This document shows positions 8,662 to 17,110 of a DNA stretch of 55,682 nucleotides, one piece after another. The translations under genes and the position numbers were made by a program. A model generated the notes under the pieces. That model saw only the letters and a program-made list of their open reading frames with translations, searched no databases and was not told where the DNA came from. The stretch covers positions 1-55,682 of IMG/VR virus record IMGVR_UViG_3300036850_000029; one strand, written 5' to 3'. This DNA is from a virus. Its lineage: Duplodnaviria; Caudoviricetes. The stretch's first letter is position 1. The number at the start of each line of letters is the position of its first letter.

Positions 8662-8879
8662 AAAATCCTAACTGTGACGGAGAGCATTGTATTAAACAGC
8701 GCGGAGAGGTTCGCGTGCTGCCGACTGGGGGAGATTCAAGCGCGATACTGTGCCGCGAATGTTATTGGCGCGAAATGATGTTCCGGCACGTGCGCAACGA
8801 GAAGTTGAGCGACGATTGCAAATTCTCCATCCCAACTTGGGAATCGTTGCGGGTTTACGGCGCAGAGCAACCAGCCTGA
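8658..8879 (+). CDS. Hypothetical early protein
   Basis: AAGGAG RBS, coupled. Confidence 0.6.
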   Translation: MKNPNCDGEHCIKQRGEVRVLPTGGDSSAILCRECYWREMMFRHVRNEKLSDDCKFSIPTWESLRVYGAEQPA

Positions 8880-8926
8880 TCCCCTGACCCACGCTCCCGT
8901 GACAGGGGAGCCCAGTCAGCGGATTA
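8878..8926 (+). other. Intergenic interrupted hairpin
   Basis: ATCC-C-CTGAC...CTCCC/GGGAG...GTCAG-C-GGAT nested pairing. Confidence 0.5.
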
Positions 8927-8951
8927 ACTGCTGAAGCGAAAGGACGAAATT

Positions 8952-9116
8952 ATGAGACTGACAAAAAGGTACTTGGAGACGTGTGTAAAGTTGGGTTTTC
9001 GTGCAGACACTAAGTTTGTGACGTTGCGCGGGAATGTGATTGGTTTTACGTGTGGGAAACCCGACGAATTGAGAAGGCTGGCGCGGGCCGCGATTGCGAA
9101 AGCGAGGGGAGCATGA
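8952..9116 (+). CDS. Hypothetical protein (54 aa)
   Basis: Read by hand (MRLTKRYLE...); AAGGA RBS. Confidence 0.6.
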   Translation: MRLTKRYLETCVKLGFRADTKFVTLRGNVIGFTCGKPDELRRLARAAIAKARGA

Positions 9117-9322
9117 GCGAGCAGCGACATTACAGGCCGATTTTGGCACTCGGCTATCAGAGCGGCGACGGAACGATCCAAGTCACGGATGTTTTGTGTA
9201 ATAATTTTCCTGACATGACAAACGCAGAAATGGCGGCTCTATCGTGGAATCTCACCATTTGGGCGGGTGACTTGCGCAGGCCAGCGCGGGCAGAACTGGC
9301 GAGGAAGGAGAGCAAGGAATGA
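9113..9322 (+). CDS. Hypothetical protein
   Basis: Coupled ORF (MSEQRHY...). Confidence 0.55.
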   Translation: MSEQRHYRPILALGYQSGDGTIQVTDVLCNNFPDMTNAEMAALSWNLTIWAGDLRRPARAELARKESKE

Positions 9323-9531
9323 ATCGAGGAATCATCATGGACGCGGCCACGGGCGAACCTGTCACCGAATCAGAACGTTCAAGACTCTGGATCATAGCCG
9401 CAATCTCGTATTTGGAATCAGCCAAGGCGTGGTCTGAAACCAGTCGCCGGAATCGTAAAAGCAAAGTCGATTACTATTTGAGTAGTGCCAGCGATGCCAT
9501 TGCGCTTGCGAGGAAGGAGCCGGGGGCATGA
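9319..9531 (+). CDS. Hypothetical protein
   Basis: Coupled ORF. Confidence 0.55.
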   Translation: MNRGIIMDAATGEPVTESERSRLWIIAAISYLESAKAWSETSRRNRKSKVDYYLSSASDAIALARKEPGA

Positions 9532-9866
9532 AAGCATATCCACAAATTGAAATCGTGAATTGGCAGGACAAAGGTTTTTTCGGGATCGTGTGGTTGGATG
9601 AAAAGCACAACCGAACAATTCCACACGCAAACCTGAAATGTCCCGAGGAACTGTACGCAACCGAGGCCGAAGCAAATGCGGCATGTCAGCTTTACGTTGA
9701 AAGGATTGTTGTGTTGAACAATAACACGGCTTTGACTCCGTGTTCTGCTGGAATGGCCCTTGATGCTGCTGCGAACATAATCGCAATGGTTGGCACAACG
9801 GGGATTGAACATGCACACAAGCAGGCGGAGAAGTGGCTTAGACTCTATTATCCTGCACGCTTATGA
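9528..9866 (+). CDS. Hypothetical protein
   Basis: Coupled ORF, AAGGAG RBS. Confidence 0.6.
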   Translation: MKAYPQIEIVNWQDKGFFGIVWLDEKHNRTIPHANLKCPEELYATEAEANAACQLYVERIVVLNNNTALTPCSAGMALDAAANIIAMVGTTGIEHAHKQAEKWLRLYYPARL

Positions 9867-10066
9867 GGTTCATCGAGTTCAAAAAGAATGTCCAACACGG
9901 TGACGATCTTCCGGTTCAACTAATCATAAAGGGCGGCTTGTTGGTGGACAAGGAAACGGGTGAATTCGTTAGATTCGGTCTGCCAGATGGAACGGAAGTC
10001 AACGTAATGCCGCACGAGCATTTGAAGCGTCGTCTTGACGAAGCTTATCTATGGCGAAAACAGTGA
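9863..10066 (+). CDS. Hypothetical protein
   Basis: Coupled ORF. Confidence 0.55.
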   Translation: MRFIEFKKNVQHGDDLPVQLIIKGGLLVDKETGEFVRFGLPDGTEVNVMPHEHLKRRLDEAYLWRKQ

Positions 10067-10078
10067 AAGGAAAACAAC

Positions 10079-10201
10079 ATGAACACCTACAAGCAGACAG
10101 TCCGTGATTGGATGGAGCAATACGCGCAGACAAAAATGAACCTGCGTCAACTGAGGCGATTGTTTCGAGCGTGGATGCTGCGGAACTCTACAGGCTCTTA
10201 A
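10079..10201 (+). CDS. Small hypothetical protein (40 aa)
   Basis: AAGGA RBS; read by hand (MNTYKQT...). Confidence 0.45.
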   Translation: MNTYKQTVRDWMEQYAQTKMNLRQLRRLFRAWMLRNSTGS

Positions 10202-10211
10202 AGGAGGCGGA

Positions 10212-10433
10212 ATGAAAGACGACATGAGACAATACCGGGAGCATCTAAAGGTGAAACATTCAGATGGCGGAGCGAGATGGAAAACACTCGATGAAGTGTG
10301 TGTTGAATCGCCGCTGATGAGGGAATTGCGAGCCGAACATTCCAAGCTGGATCGGCTGTTGATATGGCAGGTAATTGGGGTGACAGGCTGGCTGGCGTTC
10401 CTGGCGGTGATTGTGGCAACGGCAATGAGATGA
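10212..10433 (+). CDS. Small protein with C-terminal TM helix
   Basis: AAGGAGG RBS; hydrophobic C-terminus. Confidence 0.6.
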   Translation: MKDDMRQYREHLKVKHSDGGARWKTLDEVCVESPLMRELRAEHSKLDRLLIWQVIGVTGWLAFLAVIVATAMR

Positions 10434-10441
10434 CTAGCTTT

Positions 10442-10510
10442 ATCCCCGCCGCTTCCGCGTTTCCCCACACGCGGCTGGCCCTCATAATGCCAGTCCTTAG
10501 CGGCGGGGGT
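10442..10510 (+). ncRNA. Candidate three-way-junction antisense RNA A
   Basis: 12-bp closing stem, two hairpins (loops UUCCCCAC, CCUCAUAAU), UCCUU joiner. Confidence 0.6.
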
Positions 10511-10604
10511 TTCGATTTAAGCCCTCGCAATTCTCCCCCATGTAAGGACAGCGGACGGTCAATCAAAGTGGCTTAAACGGAGTCCTGAGACGATTTCTGA
10601 GGCT

Positions 10605-10832
10605 TCAGGTAGGCTTGCCCGGGCTTTGATAGTGTTTCACAGCCCATTCAGCGGTCAACATGACGTTCCACCAATCCTCCATCGTGATACCTGTAATCAA
10701 GACGTGTTCACGCTGGTCAATGACGAGGACTTGAGCGCGGGCGGTGGCGAGAATCCTGCCAAAATCGAGCGCGGACAGAGAGGGGACTTCGGGTGGAACG
10801 GGCAATGGGTTGGATGGGGGTTGGTCGATCAT
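10605..10832 (-). CDS. Hypothetical protein
   Basis: ORF with own TTGACC..TACTTA promoter-like element. Confidence 0.5.
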   Translation of the reverse strand: MIDQPPSNPLPVPPEVPSLSALDFGRILATARAQVLVIDQREHVLITGITMEDWWNVMLTAEWAVKHYQSPGKPT

Positions 10833-10892
10833 GGCTACCTATAAGTAGGAGAACAGGCTTGTAAGGTCAAGGCGGATGGCCTAGGGTTGGGT

Positions 10893-11495
10893 ATGAGATT
10901 CCTCGTCTGTCTTCTGCTTGTTTTCACGGTTGGATGCACTTCTGGTTTGTTCAACAAACGATCTGAAAAACAAGCGATGGATTCGGCTGAGAAGCTGAAC
11001 AGTCAGTCACAGGCGAACCTTGAGCGAGTGATTGAAGGGCAGAAGGAACAGCCAAGGCCGAACATCTCACCGCAGATAGACATCAAAGGATCGAGCAACC
11101 AAGTTGACATCAAGATCCAAGCTCCTCTGCCACCTGAACCAGTTCAACCGTATCGAGAGTTCACTGGGTACGGAACGAGGACGAATCAGAAGGTAACGAC
11201 ATCGCAAAGTTGGTGGTCGGATTACAAGAACACACTGCCGCTTGGAATCTCGATGCTGGCGATTGCCATTGGTGGTTACGCAATCATTGTGCTGTTGAGG
11301 AAGGCTCGACAATCGAGCGCGGCGTTCAATTCAATGGCTGGTATGGTGGACGGTCAAATGGCACATTGGCTGGATGAATTGAACGATCAAATGGCAAAGG
11401 AAAAAGACTCAGACGCACAGGCTAGGATGGCTGTGGACAGGGCGGCCATGGAAAAGTTCCGAGGGAAGTTAGCTGAAATGAAGCCAAAGAAATAG
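10893..11495 (+). CDS. Lipoprotein with internal TM helix (u-spanin-like topology)
   Basis: Lipobox FTVG-C; TM LGISMLAIAIGGYAIIVLL. Confidence 0.55.
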   Translation: MRFLVCLLLVFTVGCTSGLFNKRSEKQAMDSAEKLNSQSQANLERVIEGQKEQPRPNISPQIDIKGSSNQVDIKIQAPLPPEPVQPYREFTGYGTRTNQKVTTSQSWWSDYKNTLPLGISMLAIAIGGYAIIVLLRKARQSSAAFNSMAGMVDGQMAHWLDELNDQMAKEKDSDAQARMAVDRAAMEKFRGKLAEMKPKK

Positions 11496-11522
11496 GCGCG
11501 ACAATCGTTAGACTGCCGCGCC
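11488..11522 (-). terminator. Intrinsic terminator (possibly bidirectional)
   Basis: GGCGCGGCAGTC-TAAC-GATTGTCGCGCC followed by TATTTCTTT on minus strand. Confidence 0.65.
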
Positions 11523-11672
11523 TTGAGCACTTCCACGAGAACCATACCAAGCCTAGCCATTGCTAGCCTCTGCGGATCAGAGCTTGCCACGCCATACCAA
11601 TGCCCCAAGCTATCGGAATTAAGTCGGTTTTCAAGCCTTGATTCCGTCCTTCCATCAGTTACGATTCCAGCC

Positions 11673-11822
11673 ATGAGCACATTTCTATTAGGCAGTTTTT
11701 TGATTTTGTTCGGCTTTACACAACTGGTGAACACATCAATCCCCGCATGGGTGATCGGCTTGCTGGCCTTGGCTGCCGGTGTGGCAACGATCATTGGGAA
11801 GTTGTTTCCGCGGTTGAAATGA
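11673..11822 (+). CDS. 49-aa two-TM membrane peptide (holin/toxin-like)
   Basis: Two hydrophobic helices, basic tail; own TTGATT-N17-TACGAT promoter. Confidence 0.6.
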   Translation: MSTFLLGSFLILFGFTQLVNTSIPAWVIGLLALAAGVATIIGKLFPRLK

Positions 11823-11963
11823 TTCGACGATCTTCAGAGCATCCCCTTGTTTCGTAACCCCGTGATCCCCACGGTACCAGTAATCGCCGTGCAAATGCAC
11901 CCAGCGAGCGAGAACCAGTTTTGACAGGTTGATTTCTGGTTCAGTCACGTCGGTATCCTCCAC
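11736..11963 (-). CDS. Hypothetical protein
   Basis: Last ORF of leftward array; convergent overlap with peptide gene. Confidence 0.4.
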   Translation of the reverse strand: MEDTDVTEPEINLSKLVLARWVHLHGDYWYRGDHGVTKQGDALKIVESFQPRKQLPNDRCHTGSQGQQADHPCGD

Positions 11964-12148
11964 AACATCACAACGAATTCCTGAGTCATCTTAAGCTTCT
12001 TCCTGTCCTTCTTCATCTGTTCAGTGATTTGATCGAGCAACAGTCTGGCATGTTCAGACCCCATGCACACAGGATGATCGGTTGCATGGGCACACTTGCC
12101 ATCGGCTGCGACGATCAGAATGTATGGGCGAGCTTGAATTGTTAGCAT
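11945..12148 (-). CDS. Hypothetical protein
   Basis: Packed leftward ORF. Confidence 0.5.
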   Translation of the reverse strand: MLTIQARPYILIVAADGKCAHATDHPVCMGSEHARLLLDQITEQMKKDRKKLKMTQEFVVMLWRIPT

Positions 12149-12570
12149 GATTCCTTCGGCGGTTCATGTTTCCCGAGTGTGTTTCTGGCGAAATCCATTC
12201 TCAAAAGCAGTTCGCCGTCTTCTGGCATTTGGACTGCCCTTGGAAGGCTAAACGCTTCGGAGCTTGCCAGTGTTTTGAGAGCCTCTCTGAGCGCGGCGAC
12301 TTCCTTGCGCAGAGATTCGACTTCAGCCTGGGCCTGCTTCCGCTCGTCACGTTCAGCGACGAAAAACTGTTTGTAATCGCGGAGTAGTTCAAGCTCGGCT
12401 CGTGCGGCGGCTTTTGATCTGATGCCGATTTCACTCCCACTGGCATACTTGACATCGGTGGAACTGATGCAATCAACCGCATAATCGAGCCACGAATCGT
12501 ATCCGGTCGGCGGGGGAAGGGGTTTTGGGGTCACGTCAATGATCTCTGGATTCTGGTTGGTCTTGCTCAT
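12142..12570 (-). CDS. Coiled-coil hypothetical protein
   Basis: Packed leftward ORF from MSKTNQN. Confidence 0.6.
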   Translation of the reverse strand: MSKTNQNPEIIDVTPKPLPPPTGYDSWLDYAVDCISSTDVKYASGSEIGIRSKAAARAELELLRDYKQFFVAERDERKQAQAEVESLRKEVAALREALKTLASSEAFSLPRAVQMPEDGELLLRMDFARNTLGKHEPPKESC

Positions 12571-12737
12571 ACAGGTCCCTTGTGATTCCAACATTTCACG
12601 CGGTCGCGGCATTGAGCGGCGGATGCAAAGTCGCCACGGCGAACGTAGTGCTTCATTGCTCGCCAATTCAGACGTCGCACGTCTCCACGCAGAACATCCG
12701 CGTAGATCGCTGCGAGTTGGTTGGTTCTCTTGCTCAT
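12567..12737 (-). CDS. Hypothetical protein (56 aa)
   Basis: Read by hand (MSKRTNQL...); ATGA overlaps at both ends. Confidence 0.55.
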   Translation of the reverse strand: MSKRTNQLAAIYADVLRGDVRRLNWRAMKHYVRRGDFASAAQCRDRVKCWNHKGPV

Positions 12738-13111
12738 TGTCCCTCCTTCAAGGCGTCGCGCAGCCCGTTCAGCCGTGTGTGGCTGAACGGGCCGCCGCCA
12801 CGCGAGGTTTCGACAAGATCCCTCGCCGCCTGCTCCACGCGCTGCAATCTCTCGATTTCTTTTCGCAGGTAGTCGATCTTTTCAGTCATGTGGGTGGTTG
12901 CGATTCCAACGAAGTCATGGAACGATTCACTGTCCGCTAATAGCTTCTTGAACTCGTCGGCGGGGACGATGGCGACTTCTTTGAACACGATGTTGCCGCT
13001 CGCGTTGAATAACGATCCTCGGTCTGCGTGAACAGTGATGCGCGGCTGACCAGTGCTATCGTCGCCCGCTTCGACGCACTTCCCGAACACGGCGGTTTTG
13101 GTGTTGTTCAT
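12734..13111 (-). CDS. Hypothetical protein
   Basis: Coupled ORF. Confidence 0.6.
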   Translation of the reverse strand: MNNTKTAVFGKCVEAGDDSTGQPRITVHADRGSLFNASGNIVFKEVAIVPADEFKKLLADSESFHDFVGIATTHMTEKIDYLRKEIERLQRVEQAARDLVETSRGGGPFSHTRLNGLRDALKEGQ

Positions 13112-13476
13112 TTGAGCAGTTTGGCTACGCGCTCGGTTAAATAGCCGTTGATCTGAGCGGTTGCCTCGTGATGTTTCTCATCAAAATTCAATTCGGCCCA
13201 CTCGGAGATGCGATGCGTCAGATGGAAGATTTCATGCGCTATGATCTTCGCGGTTAATGAATGGGATTCAAAGAAGATCCCGAAATGGCACCCGTTGCCA
13301 TAAGAGCACAGCCCGTTGTAGCCGCTATATTCACAAACTCCGAATAAATGGTTGAACTTTGCTCGTGCGGCTTCTATGTCTGGATCAACGACTAACCACA
13401 CTTCAGCATCATAGATAGGCACAGTGAATTTACGGCGTAGCTTTCTAACGGCGATTGATTTTACGGTGGGGGTCAT
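13108..13476 (-). CDS. HExxH zinc metallopeptidase-like protein
   Basis: IIAHEIFH plus downstream E (HEATA). Confidence 0.65.
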   Translation of the reverse strand: MTPTVKSIAVRKLRRKFTVPIYDAEVWLVVDPDIEAARAKFNHLFGVCEYSGYNGLCSYGNGCHFGIFFESHSLTAKIIAHEIFHLTHRISEWAELNFDEKHHEATAQINGYLTERVAKLLK

Positions 13477-13655
13477 TGTGGATTTCCTGTTTCGGTTTCC
13501 ATCAGAAAACATCCGACGCAGATATTTCCAGCAGACGTAGCGACCCAGTTGTGTTGTTGACTTTCTTCTCCGTAGAGCCTTTGGCCACACATTCCACATC
13601 GCCCCTTGTGAACCATCGTCAACCACCGCCAGACTGATATTAGCAGCCTTTTCAT
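13473..13655 (-). CDS. Zn-finger small protein
   Basis: CGMC...CVGC. Confidence 0.55.
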   Translation of the reverse strand: MKRLLISVWRWLTMVHKGRCGMCGQRLYGEESQQHNWVATSAGNICVGCFLMETETGNPQ

Positions 13656-13885
13656 TTCGTTTCCTCCAAAGCCTTTCGCGTCACTTCCGCAACCTCGAAC
13701 GATTGGCTTTCAAAGGTCATGCCGGTCAGTTGATTTATGTTCTGAATTTCCGTCAGCGCGGAGCGAAGGCGGGTGATCTCGTCGAGGCATTCGTGGAATG
13801 CTTCCGAGTATGGTGTGAGATTCGCCGCTATAGCCAAATCATCAGCAACGTTTTTCCTAAGCCAGTCAATGCGTTCCTTCGTCAT
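13652..13885 (-). CDS. Hypothetical protein
   Basis: Coupled ORF from MTKERID. Confidence 0.55.
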   Translation of the reverse strand: MTKERIDWLRKNVADDLAIAANLTPYSEAFHECLDEITRLRSALTEIQNINQLTGMTFESQSFEVAEVTRKALEETK

Positions 13886-14250
13886 TTGCCCTCCCTCAGA
13901 TTGTCGATGGCGTCGCGAAGCGTATCCCCACTGGCCTGCGCGTATTCGGGTCCAAAGAAATACCACGCTTTCGACGCTTGCACTGGCGGACCGATTGTGA
14001 CTTTTGGATTACTGAGAAGTTTCTCCAGCTTGTTCAAGCGCTCCGTGTCAGGATGCGGTGCGCGGGTGTTCCATGCGCCGATGGCCTCGGCTTCTTTGGA
14101 CTCGTCGAATGTGTGGTTGCCTGGGCAGTTGGAGCTTTCGCATCCGAAATAGATGCGCGTCCGGTCGTGTTGGTAGCGGTGGCGGCGAGCCAGAGAACCG
14201 CAGTGTGGACACGGCTTCAACACCGGCTCAGGTTTCGCGTCGGGGGTCAT
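13882..14250 (-). CDS. Lar-family restriction alleviation-like protein
   Basis: LKPCPHCG...C...C...EAIGAWNTR. Confidence 0.7.
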   Translation of the reverse strand: MTPDAKPEPVLKPCPHCGSLARRHRYQHDRTRIYFGCESSNCPGNHTFDESKEAEAIGAWNTRAPHPDTERLNKLEKLLSNPKVTIGPPVQASKAWYFFGPEYAQASGDTLRDAIDNLREGK

Positions 14251-14576
14251 TTGTTCCTTTCGTCATCCGCGCACGGCACGCAAAGCCCGCCGACGCTTGC
14301 CCCGTAGGTCCGTTTTTTGCACTTGTCGCAACAAGGGCGAAGTGTGTTTGGGATTCCCAGTTCTAGGAGGATATCCGCAGCGATGCCAACTCGTCTCTGG
14401 TCGAGTTGATAATCTGTATACGTCAACCGGCTGATACCGTAGAAGGTTCTCCTCTCAACCTCCTCGGCAAACCAGCGCAGCACGGCGCGGTATTCTTCGA
14501 CGCGCATGTCGGTCCCTTTGCGGCTCGTCGTAGCCCGCTCAGCCGTGTCGCGCAGTTGTTCGATGGCGGTCATCAT
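14247..14576 (-). CDS. Hypothetical protein, C-terminal Zn finger
   Basis: CDKC...CVPC. Confidence 0.55.
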   Translation of the reverse strand: MMTAIEQLRDTAERATTSRKGTDMRVEEYRAVLRWFAEEVERRTFYGISRLTYTDYQLDQRRVGIAADILLELGIPNTLRPCCDKCKKRTYGASVGGLCVPCADDERNK

Positions 14577-14740
14577 TGTGACAGTTTTCTTCTGAGACTC
14601 AGGAATCGTTTTGAACGCCTTATCGCCTTGCGATATTCCGGGTCTGATTTCATGTGCGAGTACGACTCAGCTATTGTCCACTCCCATTCGCTGGCAAGAA
14701 ATAGAGCGGCAAGTATTGTTTTGCGATCTCTGACGTTCAT
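14573..14740 (-). CDS. Hypothetical protein
   Basis: Coupled ORF from MNVRDRK. Confidence 0.5.
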   Translation of the reverse strand: MNVRDRKTILAALFLASEWEWTIAESYSHMKSDPEYRKAIRRSKRFLSLRRKLSQ

Positions 14741-14964
14741 GGCTTCAAAAGTAATTGTTTTGCTCTCCGTGCGACGGCGAGCCACATCTTGCGCGTTATC
14801 ACGCATCCGAAATTGTCTGCGAGTTGGTCAGCCAACTCCTGATCCGTGATCTCCTTGCGCGGCTTGTGGCGCTTCACGACCTTCTTCCACTTGCCACTTT
14901 TCTGAAGCGCGTAATGGAACGTGATGAAATCGACTGTCGGGAGTTTGTGAGGTTTGCGTTTCAT
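14737..14964 (-). CDS. Basic hypothetical protein
   Basis: Packed ORF. Confidence 0.5.
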   Translation of the reverse strand: MKRKPHKLPTVDFITFHYALQKSGKWKKVVKRHKPRKEITDQELADQLADNFGCVITRKMWLAVARRAKQLLLKP

Positions 14965-15164
14965 CAGTATGGTTTGATTTTCACCGGCAACGATTTGCGC
15001 CCAATCATTTCCGTCCGGCTGTTCTCTGTCTCCATGCCGTGCAACCTGTCCTGTTCATCTTCCTTGGCCAAGGATCTCACCAACAGCCTGAGTTCGTCCT
15101 TTAACTCTTTGATGCGCTCGATACGACGCGCACGCTCTCTTTGACTCATTGGCTTGTCGCTCAT
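14964..15164 (-). CDS. Hypothetical protein
   Basis: Coupled ORF from MSDKPMS. Confidence 0.5.
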   Translation of the reverse strand: MSDKPMSQRERARRIERIKELKDELRLLVRSLAKEDEQDRLHGMETENSRTEMIGRKSLPVKIKPY

Positions 15165-15658
15165 GGAAGTATCCTTTGCTCCTGCCAACCCTGTTTCGTC
15201 TTCCTCGCCAGCCACCAGTTAATCATACGGTACTTGGCCGCTGCCGTCTTCAGCTTCACAATCGAATCGTCGCGAATAGGTCCCGCACCCTTCACTTCCC
15301 ATGCTTCAATCAGACCCCCGCTATAGAATACGATGAAATCAGGGCGATACCGGCATCCGTTCGCCAGTGTGAAGTTTATGGCTTGTGCGTAGATCGTGTC
15401 GTCCGGCCTGATCTTGCGCGTCATAATATCGAGCCATTCCCGCTCTGTCTTGTTAATCGCTGGCTTATGTGACTGCCGGATGATCTGCGGCATCTTCGCC
15501 TTCCAGATTTCCTTGTCAGCATCGTGATGCTCAGGAACGTGGATCTTGAACAGATGCGGGTTACGCTTCCGTGTCGCTTCCGAAGGATTGTTCGGCAGGT
15601 TCATTTTCTCTTTGAATAGACGACGCGCACGGATTGTTGCGGCTTCGCGGGAGGTCAT
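15161..15658 (-). CDS. PD-(D/E)XK endonuclease (DUF1064-like, possible resolvase)
   Basis: YRPDF...EVKG motif. Confidence 0.75.
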   Translation of the reverse strand: MTSREAATIRARRLFKEKMNLPNNPSEATRKRNPHLFKIHVPEHHDADKEIWKAKMPQIIRQSHKPAINKTEREWLDIMTRKIRPDDTIYAQAINFTLANGCRYRPDFIVFYSGGLIEAWEVKGAGPIRDDSIVKLKTAAAKYRMINWWLARKTKQGWQEQRILP

Positions 15659-16056
15659 GCGATGGGAATCAGTTCCATTGTTCCATTCGCACGCTTCCGT
15701 TCTCTCGTTGCAGCGGCGTTCTTCATGTGGCGAATCGTGTCGATTCTAAGGTGACATCTCTGGCACATAGCTTTTAGATGGTCCATTCGACCGCACTTCC
15801 TTCCTGTTTGTTCTTCGCAGTCGCACGGGCCACCGGGATAATCGAGATGCGCGATTGTCAGGATCACAGTTCCTTTCGCCCACTTCGCTTTTGAGCCGTG
15901 CATTTCACAGCAACGCCGTGGCCCTCCCGTTGTTCGATGCAATCCGCATTCTCCCGAGCACTCGCAGCGACAATCCGAACGGATCAGGATCTCGGACCGA
16001 ATCTCTGACCAGTTGGCCGGGTAAAGGTGCGACTTCGTTTTGTGGGGCTTGCTCAT
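15655..16056 (-). CDS. HNH endonuclease
   Basis: YP.NW..IR..IL.R..CRCE...LTIAHLD...HL.AMCQRCH. Confidence 0.8.
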   Translation of the reverse strand: MSKPHKTKSHLYPANWSEIRSEILIRSDCRCECSGECGLHRTTGGPRRCCEMHGSKAKWAKGTVILTIAHLDYPGGPCDCEEQTGRKCGRMDHLKAMCQRCHLRIDTIRHMKNAAATRERKRANGTMELIPIA

Positions 16057-16286
16057 AGCAGTCTTTCGACTCCACTCTTTGTCACAATGGCAAACACCTT
16101 TCCAAGTGATTCAAGCATCTCTTTGTCGTCTGTGATCCCAAGGCTTCCATACGATGCCGTGTCGCAAATCCGAAACGCGATGCCTCCAACGTAGAGCGTT
16201 TTCTTCCGGCGCTTCACTTGGCTCTGAGCGTCTTTGATTGCTTCCTCAACAGCCTTGCGCGGATAGATGACAGCGGGATTACTCAT
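16053..16286 (-). CDS. Hypothetical protein
   Basis: Coupled ORF. Confidence 0.55.
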   Translation of the reverse strand: MSNPAVIYPRKAVEEAIKDAQSQVKRRKKTLYVGGIAFRICDTASYGSLGITDDKEMLESLGKVFAIVTKSGVERLL

Positions 16287-16453
16287 TCCTTCGCTTCCTC
16301 CCTTGCTCCAATTTTCACAGGCATCTGGCCAAGCTTAGCCTGCAACTCCAAAAACAGTTGCCACGCTTCATCTCTGTCCAGTGTGATAATGCCACCATCG
16401 CACTCGATCCGCATGAGCGCACCGGCTGGATGGTCGATGACTTGGACGGTCAT
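16283..16453 (-). CDS. Hypothetical protein
   Basis: Coupled ORF from MTVQVID. Confidence 0.5.
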   Translation of the reverse strand: MTVQVIDHPAGALMRIECDGGIITLDRDEAWQLFLELQAKLGQMPVKIGAREEAKE

Positions 16454-16635
16454 TTCGTCTCCTCCCTCGCGACGCGCTCGCACTCGTGGATCAGTGCATT
16501 GGCTATCATCACCGAGTTTTGTATTGCATGGTCCATTGACATCTCGGGGTCAAGTTTGCAAATCGTTGAGTACATTACCGGCGCGATCCTCTCCAGCTTC
16601 TCGCGCATAACTTGTTCGGGGGTGGGGGTGGTCAT
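16450..16635 (-). CDS. Hypothetical protein
   Basis: Coupled ORF. Confidence 0.55.
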   Translation of the reverse strand: MTTPTPEQVMREKLERIAPVMYSTICKLDPEMSMDHAIQNSVMIANALIHECERVAREETK

Positions 16636-16717
16636 GATCGTGCTTGTGATGAAATAAAACGTTCTGCAAGAAACTTGGAATAGGCTGGTGGAATCGCTTG
16701 TGATAGCTCTGCACGCG

Positions 16718-17110
16718 TCACCTAGAGTATTGATTATACGACGCGCTCAGATTGTAAATGTTAGCCGTCCTTTGAGCGTGCGAATCCGGCTTCCACTTCC
16801 TCCGTTTCGCCCCCGTGAATCCGTGGTGCCAGCAGAGCGCAACATTGGCGGCAGAATCGGCGACACCGGCCTTTCGCATCAGGGTGAGTTTGATGTCGAT
16901 CAGCCGGTGCGCCGGATCGCCCGTGCCTGATAAGCCGAGCCGGGCAAGCTCTCTGAAAGCGATCTTGGAGATTTGATGACGGCCAACTTCACCGGCTTTC
17001 CCGACGGCCTTTGGGTTGTCGTTCGATTCCACCAAAGCCAGCGCGTGCAGGAACCGCTCTCGGTCTATCGGTCCGCACAGCGCAAGGATTAGGAGGATGG
17101 TCGCGTTCAT
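16718..17110 (-). CDS. Lytic transglycosylase (SLT-like) with N-terminal hydrophobic segment
   Basis: ALALVES.DNP.AVG..GEVG..QI...WHHG; N-terminus MNATILLILALC. Confidence 0.75.
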   Translation of the reverse strand: MNATILLILALCGPIDRERFLHALALVESNDNPKAVGKAGEVGRHQISKIAFRELARLGLSGTGDPAHRLIDIKLTLMRKAGVADSAANVALCWHHGFTGAKRRKWKPDSHAQRTANIYNLSASYNQYSR

